In this document: in pieces, positions 12,613 through 25,134 of the stretch
Layout: the number at the start of each line of letters is the position of its first letter
How positions within the stretch are numbered: the first letter of the stretch is position 1
From: Prorocentrum cordatum
Lineage: Eukaryota
Direction of reading: 5' to 3'
Length of the DNA: 64,000 nucleotides
NCBI GenBank assembly: GCA_963575745.1
Contig: CAUYUJ010000237.1
Location: 1-64,000 of the forward strand
Translations under genes and position numbers: made by a program
The notes under the pieces: generated by a model
Databases searched by the model: none
Seen by the model: only the letters and a program-made list of their open reading frames with translations
Told to the model about the DNA's origin: nothing

Positions 12613-13330
12613 GATCTTTTCCACTGTGGGAGGGCTCGTGTCGCCCACGAATTGTGCTGGTCGTTCTCCAGCCGTCCTCTCGGCTGGGCCACTTTGTCGG
12701 TGGTGACTGCGGCAGGGACACCGTCCGGCGGCGGTGGCGCACATGGCCCACGACGAAAGCTTGGCCCACGCAGCGCTCCTCGCCCCGAAGCGTCAACAGC
12801 AGGCAGTCTCTCAGCCCGACGGAGAATCTGCCGGCTGGTGTGCGCGACCTCCCCCTGTTCCTGGGTGGGAACCCCAGGGCGGCCCAGAAGACCTCCCCAG
12901 TCGGGATGCTGAGAGCCTCTGCACCGTCCTATGGGTGAGGTCGCTCCAGGTGGCGCAGCTCCAGAGCGAGCCCCGAGATGGAGTAGGCCTCGGCATCCCT
13001 GAACGTATGTTCTCTGCTCTCGCGCCGCATGTCGAAGTCATTCGAACGCCCTTGCGCGTGTGCTGGGGGTGGAGGGGTGGGGCAAGATCCCTGCCAAAAT
13101 AACATCATGCGAGCCACTCGCGCGCGTCGGCCACGCGCGCATGTCGAACTCCTTCCAAAACGTTCATCACCGACGCGAGGACACCGTCTTCGTCATCGGC
13201 GTGATCAGCATCGGCACCGTCATTGGCCTTGCCGTCGTCATCGTCATCATCGTCACCATCATCGCTACGATCATCACCGTGTCTACCGTTGTCGACGTCG
13301 CCATGATACCGCGCCCGCCCAAGTCCTGAG

Positions 13331-14460
13331 CTAGTGACTTTTGCCTAGGGCCATCCTGATGGATGTAATCTCCCCAGACACCGTGGCAATTTTGTGAGCG
13401 ACCTCACCCGTCATGTCACCCCTGTCGCTGATGAAGGTGCCAAAGGGTTTCATGATCCGCTTCACCGCGATAGGGGTCGCGAGCTCCGGCACGTTATCAA
13501 AACGATTGCATTTTCCCCAGGCCCAGAGCTGAATGGCCTTGGAACCTACCCCCATTGGAGCAAACATCAACTTGTTCTTGTCAAGATTCATGGTGATCCT
13601 CGTCTTCTTTATCGCCTGCGCGGCGACGGCAGTAGCTCTGCTGGCTGCTGCAGGGGAGTGCTGGGCTTGTGCCGCAGCACCCACCAGGGTGAGGTCCATC
13701 GACGAAGGAAGTGTCGGTTTGGGCTGCTTGCTGGGCCGTTCTTTGGAATCTCGGCTCCACCTCGGGCGCTCACGCAATCCATTCCTGCATCATGGCTTGC
13801 TGAATGTCTCGGATGGCTGGCGCAAGCGCGACGTCGAGCATGTCAGTGGCGGGCAGGGCTCCAGGCTTGCAGCAAAGGAGGAGGAGTCTGAACAAAAACC
13901 CAAAGCGCTTCGAAATCTCTCTAAACGCCGCGGGTCTGCGTCTCGGCGATGAGCCTCTTGACGTGCTCATCACTCACCTCCTTGTCGAGAATGACCAGGG
14001 GACCTAACTTCTCAAAGTAGACTGCAAACTTGAGGGCAGTAGAGCAGCAAACTTGGGGGGACCAGCAAACTTGAGGGCAGTAGAGTGGGGCCTGCCAGCT
14101 AGCAGCTCCATGACAACTCCCTGCTTCAACGGCAGCGCAATGACCTGCTTCTCAACTGGACTGTAACAAGCCGCGGCCAGATCCACTAACAGAACAAAAG
14201 CCGAGCGTCCCACGGCTTTGACCGCAGCTAGTGTGGAGAGAGCGAGGTGGGGGGAGAAGTCCGTGCTCATGCGCGGTCGACCTCCACATCTCAGGCGATC
14301 GCAAACATGGATCAAGGGGGCGTAGATTAGCGACGGGTCCCGTTTCCATAGGAAATTTCGGATTTCCGCCGCCGAACGAGGCGGCACCGGCCGCATTTTG
14401 TGGAGGGCACCTCCCCCGATCCATGGATTTGGCGGCCGCGCGCCAAATCCATGGATCGCT
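13331..14460 (-). pseudogene. LINE-B reverse transcriptase remnant
   Basis: AFVLLVDLAAACYS resembles the RT D-x-x-x-A-F-Y motif; NLDKNK..and KPFGTFISDRGDM resemble domain 7/thumb. No intact YxDD was recognised. Confidence 0.6.
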
Positions 14461-15449
14461 CATCTATTTTTGCGCGCCCCCGAACATCGGGTGCTCTTCA
14501 GCACCCTGGTGAGCAGGCAGGCGAGCTGGCGTCTCACATTGGCATGGTGTAGTCCGGGGAGAACATTACTGAGCATGATGCTGCGCTGGGAGGTCGCGAG
14601 CCTGTTGTGGTTTTCTTTGTCCTATGGCAACCACCTCGGGACGCGCGAAACAAAGGGGCTCCCTTTCCATGAACGCAGCCGTACAGAAGAGCGGATGGAT
14701 GAGCCTGGCCGTGGCAACATGGGGCCGCTGAGAGAACCTCACGCGTTAACAGACCCGGTCCACTAGCCTTGCCACTGCTAGCCGGGATGATGTCGACCTT
14801 GACTTGCGGCCTGGAAGCGTTGCATTCAAGCGTCCTGGGAACCTCCCGGGCAAGAAGGGCTCCAGTGTTGTAAAGCTTGACCATATCATCTCTTGAGGCA
14901 TGCGTGGCTTTTTCGATCTCTCCGAACTGCCTCTTGGAGTAGATCTTATCCGGTGAATTCAATGCGCCTCCGTTGGGGGCAAGTCTCATGGGAAAAACAG
15001 CTTCTGTGTTGTTCCACATCCCTCCTAGGTGAAAAGGCGCCCTGACATTGGCCTACTGCTGCTTAGGCCGCTTGGCATCGATGTAAAGTCCTACTACATC
15101 CCTGTGATACAAGCAACTGCGGATAGTCAGTGGAGAGCATGTTTCTGCAAATGGGTTCGGACATCTTAAGGAACGTGGCACACTCTAGCACACATGCAGC
15201 TGGTTGTGTGCTGTGCCACTTGAAATCGTACGCGGCCCTGCGCAATCTAGTCCAAACTGCGCAACGTTCGCTCTTGGACACACTGTGAGCTTCTGCCGCT
15301 TGTGACACGCCGACGTTGAGGACTGAGCAAGGAGTCTGAGCAAAGTTGCACGCTCGCTTCCTCCGACTGCTCTGGGAGCGGTTCATTCTCTAGGCTCATT
15401 CTGACATTGTCTCTAAGTTTTTGCGTTGCGAATTTCTGTGGATCGAGAC

Positions 15450-16270
15450 GAAGGCTTTCCTTCCTGGGGGGAAACATGCTGCCACCCCAGCTTCACAACC
15501 AACGCATATTGGTCGGTATGCCCCTCGCCAGTGTCACGATCGTAGAGAAACCTCATGGTGCTAACGTGCTGGGCAAGATCCAGAGAGGTAAGAATGTAGC
15601 CAATCCTTGCTGGTTGATCTCTGGCCTGAAACGTGCGCCCACAGGCATCATCGCGAAACGTGTTGATGGCAACAAGCTTTTGGGACATCAGAAAAGCGTC
15701 ATACCACCGCTGCCGTCCTCCTCGTCAATCCCTCAGTCCCCCGCGCATTCCGTCTGCAGAGAGCCCACGGCAGCATTGGCGTCTATCATGACACTTTGCA
15801 CCTTGCACCGTGAAGCAGTCGTCTCGAGGTCGTTCCGAAACGCTTGGCGTCTTCTAACGACTGTTCATCGGTGCGGCGCATGGGGAACCAGAAGGTTGCC
15901 ATACATCCGGGGGCCGCGATCCGAATCGCAAGGTGCCTGGGGGAGTCATCCAACACCAGGAACTGGGCCGGATGGAAACACAACGGCATTTGTTTGGTTT
16001 TTTTTCTCCGTTGGGAAAGTGAAGGTAAACCCAGAGCTCCGTGCCCTGGTTGTTCGCCTGGTGTCCCGAGGCAATGCGGTAGTGGGCCCCGCTGTTGGAA
16101 CTTTTGACCGATCTGTTGTTGTGACCCTCTTTGGACCCCAACAAGGTGCAACCCTTCTTTGTGAAGTTGGTGCTTCATCATGTCTACTCTGAGCCATATT
16201 TCTGCGGCCTTTCCCCAACGCTTGTTTTCTCTGAGCGCCTGAATATAGACCGTGCAACAATACACATCAA
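15450..16270 (-). pseudogene. LINE-B apurinic-like endonuclease remnant
   Basis: TVYIQAL..LHLVGVQ (xNV..QE equivalent), GTELWV, GRTF...RIGYIL, HTDQYALV (SDH equivalent), spread over several frames. Confidence 0.65.
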
Positions 16271-16489
16271 TACGCATGGTCTTGCAGTCGCTTTGCGTCT
16301 GGTGCTCAAGTTCTGGATGCAGGTCCCTAGCAGCGCTGACATTAGGAAGCTCCGCATCCATTTTCCCCCTCCTCTCCTGGGAAGCCAGCTTGGATAAACA
16401 TGCTCTTCAGGACCAGCCTGCAGGAGCCACTCCCACTGTTTCGACAACGCAAGCTGCACAGCCCCTACCAGGGGACCAGGGAGCTGTGG

Positions 16490-16960
16490 GGGTTGCTCGA
16501 GCTTTCGAAGTGCGGTCATCTTGGCAACGTTATCCGCAAGCGCATTCCACGGGTGCCCCAGGTGAGAGTGCTGGTGGGTGATGGTGACCTGCGCTCTGCC
16601 GGACGTTGGCATGAACACAATTTGCAGGAGCCTGGCAATGTCACGGTCGCAGGCCTGGCCAGTGGCCGCTTTCAAGGCTAGCAGCGAATCTGCGACAATA
16701 TGAGCTCTGCATCGAGGGGAGTATGCGAGCAGTCGGAGGCATGCCCAGATATGTGTGAGGCACTCCACAGCGGTGCTGGTTGCTTCCTCCTGCGTGAGGT
16801 CCATGGAATCGGTGCTTCCCATCACCCCCTCAAGGTTCCCGTGAAAGCAAAAGTGTCAGTCCTCCTGGCAACAGATGCAACACCCCATGCACCCTTTCCC
16901 ACTCCTCTCGTATATAAGCTGCCATCCGTGTAGACGTGGACGGAGTCAGGGGCGCCGTCG
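16490..16960 (-). pseudogene. LINE-B RNase H domain remnant, upstream of the endonuclease
   Basis: HVYTDGS..GAWGV, STAVEC, HIVADSLLA and HSHLGHPWNALADNVAK match the D-E-D-H-D RNase HI pattern. Confidence 0.8.
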
Positions 16961-19900
16961 GTAGGCGGACAGATCTGGAGGGCAAGTTTGGCATGGGTTT
17001 GAAACAACCCCGTGTCTTAATGTTGTTTTGTAGAGGGCGCCCGCAGAGGCGGGAAACGACCATGTAGGCCCTGCACAATGTGCAGCAATGGGGAAGAGCA
17101 GGGGAAGAGCATGAGTCAATTCCATGGTGCACCGGGGATGGGTTTGCGAGATCGGGTCCTTCTGGGTGCTGATCCTCTGGGCCACGAGATACCCTTACGC
17201 CCAGCCCTCAGGCGCCTTGAGGAGAGAAGGGAGGTGCAGAAGGATGCAGATCACTTGGGATAGTCTCCGATGACACGCCAGGGCCAACCGCTGCCGCCCC
17301 CTGTGAGCCTGTACTGGACCCTGATGCATGGAGGTCCTGGGACGTTGCATCAGGAAGGCTACTCACAGAGTCCTGAATTGTGTCAAGGGCCCTCGAGGGG
17401 TCCACACTTGGGCTGGTGGTCCCTGGCCAGCTTGCTTCCAGATCCGCGGGTGGCGTTAAACCCCTCGGCTCTACAGGATTCGTGTTGCAAATGCTGCACC
17501 AACTGCCGGCTGCCGAAAAGTAGGAAGATCTAAGGGGAGGCAGGCCTAAGTGCTGACACATCATCTTTGTCCTGGTCCTGCACATCTCTTGCGACTGCCT
17601 ACGCGTCTGGCGCACGTGAATCGGATCCTGCTGCTGGGCTAGGCCCCAAGGGTCCACGGTAATAGAGACCATGAGATCCCAGAACGGGTCGGCGCCCCCA
17701 GAATCTCCGTTCTTGGGAGTGCCAGTTGGATCAGGCATCCTGCAGGAAACTGGTGGGTGTCTTGTGAGGGGACTGTAGCCACTTGAGTCTCGGCTGTGCT
17801 GGTCGCCGCCGCAGTCGCGTTCAGCAGCATGCGGCCGAGTCTCTTTGTTCTTCAGCTCTGGCTGCCGTAGTCCTGGTGGGTGGGTAGCGGATTGCCCCGG
17901 ATCAGCCTGCGGCCCTTGGCCAAGTTTCCGCTGTTTGAGAGCCGACCTGGGGGGGGGAGGTGACGCGGGAGGGACTTAGAGCGGGATCCTGGATGCAAGA
18001 ATTTAATTAGGAAAACAAGTAGTAGTCTGTACTTGACCGCATCTGACCCTCGAGTCCGCTGTCTCACTCACGATGTGTCAGCTGTGCATCTGGCGGGTGT
18101 CCTTGCAGTTGCTGTGCTCGTCGAGTTTGCAGCCGCCAAGCCCGTCGTTGGAGTCCTGGCTGCGGCTGTCGTGCTCGATCTGCTTCCAGAATTCGTCGTC
18201 GCAGCTGTTGATGGCCATGGTCGAAGGGCTTGCGCTGCAGCTGTCATGATGATTTCCCTTGCCGCAACTCAAACGGCGTCTTGATGTTGGTCTAGGCATT
18301 CGGAGTGGCAGTCCCCATCTGGCGCGTAATGTTGTTGGGGATAGTGTCCTCATGCTCCGACCGCTCGTCCGCCATGTAGTGATCATTCTCTGGCCCTGCT
18401 TCACAAGGCTGCATGTCACGACGCCTCTTGTTGCTTCTTGATTCCGTTGTTCAGGACTGTTCGCATAGATCTCGAGCAAGCTGTATTTTCGACTCGTCTC
18501 CTGGTACGTTGTGAGCGAAGACGGTGGACAAAGATAGCTATGCCACGACATGTCTGATACAAGAATGCATTCGTTCATCGTAGTCCGATTCATCCACTCC
18601 ATGAGCAGTCTACAATGAGGCTAGTCCTTTGATTTGACCTCGGAGCTGTAAGATGTACTAGTCCGCAGCTTCCTGCTTGTAGCTTTCCTTCTTTTTGTTG
18701 GGAATGTTCGTCTGCATGAGCTGCGTCATGTCATCAAGGGTACCATCTCGTTGTAAACGCATCTGCCCCTGTTGTGCCGCCACCTATTCTGTCGTTCTTG
18801 GTGTAGGACGCCCCAGTACCTGATGTATATAACGCTTGAGGTCATCAAACTGCCATCAATTTTCTTCGACGTGTCCCTGAAGTGGCCCCCATGTTCGCTG
18901 TCGATGTTGTCGATGCCGTTGCCCTTGCCGCCACGCTCTGGGACATATGTTGTCGGCCATCGTGTTGGCATCTATTTCCAGATCCTTCGCTTACTGTCGC
19001 TGTCTGTCTCCTTGCAGTACCTGCTGCACGAGAGACATGCAGTAGTCCATCTTGTCTTGGAAGTAGGAAATTCCGATGTCTGGTACATGATGTATCTACA
19101 TGCCCGCCCACGCTTCCATGGCCTCGGAGTGGTTAGCATAGCGCTATTTCGTTTGTGTGGGCGGTCTCGTAGGCGATGGAATTGCCATGATAGTCTGTGG
19201 CTGCACACACCTGCATGAGTCTTAGGTCCTCTTGTCTTTGGTCATCTTCGTCTTGCCGCTCGTTTTCTTGTTTGTGTTGTTGCCGTTGCTGATCACCTGG
19301 GTCTCGTTGTTCGTTCCGGTCTGGTTCTCGCCACAGGAGTTGGAGCCTTGGTTCAGGATGGTGTTGTTGCTGAAGCTGGAACTGCACAAGGTCGGTCGAA
19401 GCCGTGTTCAGTTTGGTGGCAGCATGTTTAGTCTGCGGACGAGGCCCGCGTCCTTACGCGAAAGCCTCTCCAGACCTGCGAGCCACTGCCCCTGACCCAG
19501 GCCGGAGGAAAAAGCGGGGGTAAAAACAACGGGAAGCTCGAAGTGCTCTTTTGAAATCGCTGCTCCAGCTGCCGTGGGTGGCATAGTCGGTGGCGGCCAC
19601 TGTTGTACTTGTTGCTGCGCACTGCAGCCCGGCAAGGTGCCGCGAACATGATGTGCTGTCACTTCCACCAATGGCGAAGGTCACCTGTCCCTGTGGTTGG
19701 AGGTGAGGAGGTTGCGCCGCTGGCATTGCTGTGTAGCCCAACTTGCCCTGGCCCTTGGCTGTGCACATGGCCTGCATTATGTTCTGCTGCTCCTGTAACC
19801 ATTCAGGGTCCACCGCTCGAAAGATTCCTTGGCACCCATGCCCTGCATCTGGTGCTGCTGCGGGTGCTGCGGCTGCTGGGTAGGCATCGCGCCAGGCGTA

Positions 19901-21736
19901 GAAGGCGGCCCGACTAGCGGCGGCGGCGGCAGCTGTATACCTTGAGCTGCCATAGCCGAAGTGACTGTTCGCAGGTAGGCCTCATCTGGCGCTGCATGGT
20001 GTGCTGGGCGTTGATCTGCTGCTGGATCTGGATCTCTATTGCCGACGGACTGCTCGCTGCTGTATCTGCTGGCCCGTCTTGTGGTTCACCCGCCGCCATG
20101 CCACGCTGTTCTGCCGTCTTGGCATCCGCCTGTGCTGTCATCTCCGCCTCCCTTTGTTCCAGTTTCTGTGCCGCCTCTCTCGCGTCGCTGAGATCGTCCT
20201 CTAGGTCCTGGATTTATTCCTGCAGCTCTTTCAACATCATATGGCAGGCCCTCAGCTTGTTGTCCACTATGTTCTTGCGTTGCCTTGCTGCTGTGAGCTG
20301 CTCGCCTACTGGCTTGGTCGACTCCACCTTGTTCTTGGTGATGGCCATCTCTGATAGTCTCTCATTTCTCGTCGCTGTCGGACTTCTCGGCTTTGAGTGC
20401 CGCAATGCCCATCTGTGCCAGCATGATGAGACTCTGCTTGGCTCTCTCCTTGAAGGCCATCAGCTGGCTGGTGTCTATGGGCGGCTGCCATGATTCCCAC
20501 TCTGAATGATGGGCTTCAACTGCTGGGAGCGCCGGCGTGACCTTGGGGAGGTAGGCTATGGCCGCTTTGTCCTGGTGCGGCGGGGTTGGACGCTGCCGAG
20601 TAGGAGGACGGCTCTCAGGTCTTCTGGGCTGTGAGGTCGCGCGGCTGCGATTGTTGTAGTGGACTCCGCACAGGCGTTGCAGGTGCCCAGGCCGTTGCCG
20701 TGACATACAATGTAGTGGTCGCCGTTGTGCGCTATGATGGGCGCTGAACATTAGCCTCGAAGAGGCCACTCTCAAGACTGTCCTGGCTTTGGCTCTGTGT
20801 GCCTTGGCTCTGCGGTGCCAAGCCGGCTCGCGAGGTCGAGAGCCGGGATAAACACCCTCCGTGGTGCCTCGTATGAGAGGGAGGGACGGACAAAGGAAGT
20901 GGCCGAGTTATGAAGTCTCGACACACGCGCGTCAGTGAAAGGCAATAGATGCGGCCGAGTGGTGCTCTCGGCACACGAGGATGTACTGGCCTGCAGCCAA
21001 TTGCCTTCTCCTCATCTCCCTCCTCCTCAACCCCCTCCTCCTCCTCCTCAGCCCCGTCCTCCTCCTCTTCCTCCTCCTCCTCCTCCTCCTCCTCCTCCCT
21101 CCTCTTCCTCCTCCCTCCCCCTCCTTCTCCTTCTCCCTCTCCTCCTCCTCCCTTCTCCTCCTCATCCTCTTCCTGTCTCATCTCTCCTCTTTCTCCTCCT
21201 CCTCCTCCTGCTCCTGCTTCTGCTCCTCCTCCTCCTGCTCCTCCTCCTCCTGCTGCTCCTCCGCTCCCCCTCCTGCGGGGTCTGGTTCCCTCCGGGCCAT
21301 CCCGGACCACCCCCAGCAGTGCGGAGCTCCGCAGACCCCCTATCGCGCCACCCCGGCGCATGGGGCCCCATACCTCGAGCACTCCGCGACGGCGACGACT
21401 CGCTCCACCCTCGATGCGCCGGCCCCGCCCTCGCGCCTGTAGTCCCGCCGCGGACTGTGGACACCATGTTATTCGTTGCCTCCTCCTGCTCCTCCTGCTT
21501 CTCCTCCTCCTCCTCCTCCTGCTCCTCCTCCTCCTCCTTTCTCGTCTTCCTCCTCCTCCTCCTCCTCCTGCTCCTCCTCCTCCTTTCTCGTCTTCCTCCC
21601 CCTCTCTTCTCCTCTTCTCTCGTTTTACTCCTCTGTCCTCCACTCTCGTCCTTGCCGTCCTCCTCCTCCCGCGTGGGCGCCGCGTAATGCGAGCCAGTGC
21701 AAAGACCCCTCCACCCCCAATGCCCTGCACCGGCGC

Positions 21737-22239
21737 CCCAGGGAGCGGCCGCTGCCTGTATCCCTTCGGGCACGTTCAAGAGGGGGCGAGCCGGGCAGGC
21801 CCAGGGCCAGAGCACGTCGTTCCAGAGCGTTCTGCAGCGCTCGCAGCGCGTTCTGGAGCGCTCTGGAATGGCCGCGGCGCCCAATACGCCCTCCAGAGCC
21901 GCTGCATCTCTGGGATTTCCACGTTTTCCCAGTGCGATATTGTCCTGATCCTGGTTTTCTCATAGGACTATGGGGGGATACATGGCTGGGGCCATGAGAT
22001 CTCCCAAATATCATGTCGCCCCCGCGTCTTCTTCTTTCAGTGCGGTCCCTGCCCCTCCCCCTTCTTCTTCTGCTCGTTGTAATCATTATTATGCTTATTA
22101 GTATATCTCTTCTTATTATCGTGTTAGTATGATCATTTTTATTGCTACTACTATTATTAGTTATTAGTACTATTGTTATTATTACGATTATAAGTATGAG
22201 TATTATTATTATTATTAGTAGTAGTAGTATTAGTGTTAA

Positions 22240-22304
<65 letters not shown>

Positions 22305-22985
22305 ATAGTAGTATTATTACTGTTATTACTATTCGTATTATTAATATTTTCATTGTTGTTATTATTATTATTATTATTAATATTTCTATTATTATTCGTA
22401 TTATTAGTACGAGTATTACCATCATCAGTATTATCATTCGTATTACCCTTATTATAATTATTACTATTGTTTTTCTTTTTACTATTATTATTCCTATTCG
22501 TTTTCTTTCAGTGCGGTCCCTGGCCCCCCCCATTGTCCGCGCACGTGTCTCTGGCCACGATGCGCTCCCCCTCTTTCTCCTGGCCTCCTCCGGCACTCCC
22601 GATCCCTGCCGCCCAGCACCGGCAATACTCCTGGGTGGCAGGACCGCCTCGCTCCGGCTGGAGCTTTCGGCCAGCGCCACCTGGGAGCAAGTCGGGTCGG
22701 GCGAAAGGGGGGGATAGCAAAGGGGGGGTTTGATGATCAGCTCACGTAGCTGATTTTCCCGGCGCTGGAGGCGGCTATGTATCGAGGAATGACCCCCTCG
22801 GTGAGGCCGAAACCAGCTGCATGCAGCAAATTTCGTAACCCCCCCTTTCCCAATCCCCCCCTTTCGCCCGGCCCGAGCAAGCCTCCTCCTCCTCATCCTC
22901 AGACGTGAAAATCCAGCTCAACGTGAGCACGCAGACGACCGTGACCGCCAGTTGCCACGAGCAGCTCGGAGCCGCTCGCACGGCG
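21737..22985 (-). CDS. Putative host gene exons (about 22985-22883, 22680-22545, 21901-~21737); unknown protein with an N-terminal hydrophobic segment
   Basis: Phase-compatible joins: WQLAVTVVCVLTLSWIFTSEDEEEE / VALAESSSRSE...WPET / PALEGVLGAAAIPERSRTRCERCRTLWNDVLWPW; splice sites GC..AG and GT..AG. Confidence 0.4.
22075..22500. repeat. AT-rich (TAT)n/(TAG)n microsatellite block
   Basis: Direct reading; bracketed by a direct repeat TTCTTTCAGTGCGGTCCCTG near 22032 and 22503. Confidence 0.9.
22692..22876. mobile_element. MITE-like element with ~40 bp TIRs and a 5-bp TSD (GCAAG)
   Basis: 22692-22730 TCGGGTCGGGCGAAAGGGGGGGATAGCAAAGGGGGGGTT is the near reverse complement of 22837-22876; GCAAG occurs at 22687-22691 and 22877-22881. 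Confidence 0.75.
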
Positions 22986-23619
22986 CAGCGCCCATGTCAC
23001 ACCTCGAACGCATCCTGCACACCGGCCTGAACATTCACAGCACGAAGTAGGTGCCAGCCCAGAGAGTGAGCAGAGGAACGGGCGTTACAACCAAAACCTA
23101 TGCTCTTCTTTCGCCCGCAGCTTAAGTGCTCAGACGCCTAGACAGGGTAGTCCTGATACGAGAGAGGAGCGCAACGCCACAGCGAGCGTTCTTCCACCCC
23201 CGCGTCCGCCACCGCCAAATCGTGAGGGTGATGGAGGCCGTGGCGCGCGGTCTAGGGGAGCGGGCCAGGGCGTCTTTCGAACTCCTCCTTCCTCTTCTGC
23301 TTTTGCCTCTGCTGGCTTCCCCCCTTCTCTCGCCCGCAGCGCTGCCCGCTTATGCCGGGGAGGCCTGCAGTTTCGAAGCTATGTAGGCCGCGCAGGGGGC
23401 AACGGCCTTCAATCTTCGAGTATAGCTCGGTCCTAAAGCACCTCACCAGCTTTGACAAAGACACCAGCTCGAGAGGGGTCCGTCCGTCCTCCTCCTCTTC
23501 CGCCTGTCCCCGCTCGACAGTAAGCCAATATGAGTGCTACTCCCTTCTCTCCCTCGAAAATGGCTGTGGAGTCGCCCGCCCCCTTCCGCCTAGTGTTGTC
23601 TCCCTCACAGGATTTCACG

Positions 23620-23883
23620 ATTTGGCGCGTTCCATTGCTTTTTCTGATCGGAGCGTTCTCGGTGTTTCAAAACGGTGCAGCCGCTTCAGTGCCGGCCTCT
23701 TTTTCGGATCGGCGCTCTGCACCCGTCGTTCAGAATCTCGCTCTCGCCCTGCTCCTCCTGCTCCTTCCGCTCTTGCTCCCGTTGCTGTTTGTCTTCGTCC
23801 TCCTGCGTCCTCCTCGTCATCATCATCACCATCATCATTATCATCATCATCAGCATCATCATCATCATCCTGTTCTTTCTGTC
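23620..23883 (+). repeat. Copy of a dispersed repeat family interrupted by LINE-C; other copies at ~29550-29980 and ~31230-31400
   Basis: Shared TCGGTGTTTCA...TTTTCGGATCGGCGCTCTGC..CCGTCGTTCAGAAT.TCGCTCTCGCC; the interrupted copy resumes at ~29149-29350. Confidence 0.7.
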
Positions 23884-23904
23884 CCGTAGCCATTTTGGCT
23901 CAAG
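23884..23904 (+). other. Exact 21-nt DinoSL core at the 5' end of LINE-C
   Basis: CCGTAGCCATTTTGGCTCAAG matches the dinoflagellate SL exactly apart from the first, variable base. Confidence 0.92.
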
Positions 23905-23989
23905 GGCCTCTCGAGGATTTTGCCACAGGGGTTGTTGTGGGCACCTCAGCCAGTGCATTGTGCAATCCCCCTTCTCCCTCCGCTGCTGC

Positions 23990-24794
23990 CGTGGCAGTGG
24001 CGAATGTCGAGTCCATCAAATCCCTGTTGGCTGAGCATATTGCAAGTACGAGTCTCATGCTAGATCAAAAGTTCGATGCAAAGCTCGGGTCGATCACTGA
24101 GACAGTGACGGCCCAAGGTCAGAAGATCCAGGAAATGACGGACAACATCTCCTCGGTCACATCAACCCAGGACGGGCTGCAGGCTCGTCTCGGTGCACTA
24201 GAACAGGCGCATCTGTCATTTGTTTCGAAGGGTCCGTTTTCGCATGCAGTGCCTCTCTCGGGACAGAGAAGGGCCGTCGACTCTGACAGTTCCACCTCGG
24301 CTGGAAACAGTTCAGTTGCTCTAGAGGATGCTTATCGCCTGCTCATTCTGGGGTTCAAGGGTCGTCTCATGGCTTCGACGTTAGAAAGGATCGCCTCCGA
24401 CATTGTAAGCATGGGTGCGACGGAACAGGCGGGGAAACTCATTCGGATCCGTGCTTATGACCTACAGAAGAAGGTGACTCTGGATTTCCCTTCCCCAGCG
24501 ATGGCGTCCGGTTTCTCTGGCAATTTCAGGAAGTTGAGTGAAACCTACTCGGTGCCGAACCCAAGGGACCCGCAGGACCTCAGGTCTCTCCGTGTTCGCA
24601 GAAACCTTTCTACCCAGCATCGTTTTTTGTTCTTCCAGCTGGGGAGAGTGCGTCAGGCGTTGCAGGATGAGATGAATAAGGTAGCGCTTCAGGCTAATTC
24701 GAACGGGATTGGGGGTGATGTTTTTGCGCTCCGCTCGAAGGAGGATCCCGTCCTTTTTTTCACTTCAGATGCTGTCCTCAGAATGCCCGTGTAA
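23990..24794 (+). pseudogene. LINE-C ORF1 (coiled coil followed by an RRM-like region)
   Basis: DQKFDAKLGSITETVTAQGQKIQEM...LQARLGALEQ then RLLILGF; part of ORF 23352-24794. Confidence 0.65.
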
Positions 24795-25134
24795 TCCACA
24801 TTCGCATTGAGGAAGAAGGGCTCGCGGCTTTGGGTCTGCAGTCAGTTCGTGACAAATTCGAGACTGCGTTAGAGTCGGTTCCCTCCTGCCCCTTTTGAGG
24901 AGGAGCAGGACTGGCCTGGTGGCAGTAACTTATACAATGTGCCCAGTGGCCAGCTTTTGGACGCTAGGGAGAGGGGCGCAGATTGTGCCACAGATGGGGC
25001 CCCTCGAGTGTGAATTCAATTAGTAGCGGCAATGCCACCCAAGCTCAGCGCGCGTCTGATCAGTCTCTAAGTGGGGGGTGCCACCGGTTTGAAACGTCTC
25101 CTTCTTTTGCGCCGCCGCCGCCCTTTGCTCTCTC

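Larger units (their letters stand above)
11540..21000 (-). mobile_element. LINE-B: degenerate non-LTR retrotransposon with order ORF1 - RNase H - EN - RT - C5 DNA methyltransferase (LINE-Dnmt type)
   Basis: Coiled-coil ORF1 remnants ~19900-20700; RNase H VYTDGS, IVADS and HSHLGHPWNALAD (16500-16950); EN LHLVGVQ, HYRIASG..GTELW, RIGYIL and TDQYAL (15480-16260); RT VLLVDLAAACYS and a thumb-like region (13330-14450); DNMT motifs 11900-12610. Flanked by (CCT)n on both sides. Confidence 0.8.

Noticed and set aside
19941..21010. Minus-strand SL-like matches at 19941-19961 and ~20991-21007 for LINE-B
   Set aside because: Only about 12/21 identity or gapped; cannot be distinguished from background by eye.
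23884..23960. SL RNA gene
   Set aside because: An SL RNA gene has a GT donor right after the leader; here GGCCTC follows and leads into LINE ORF1.
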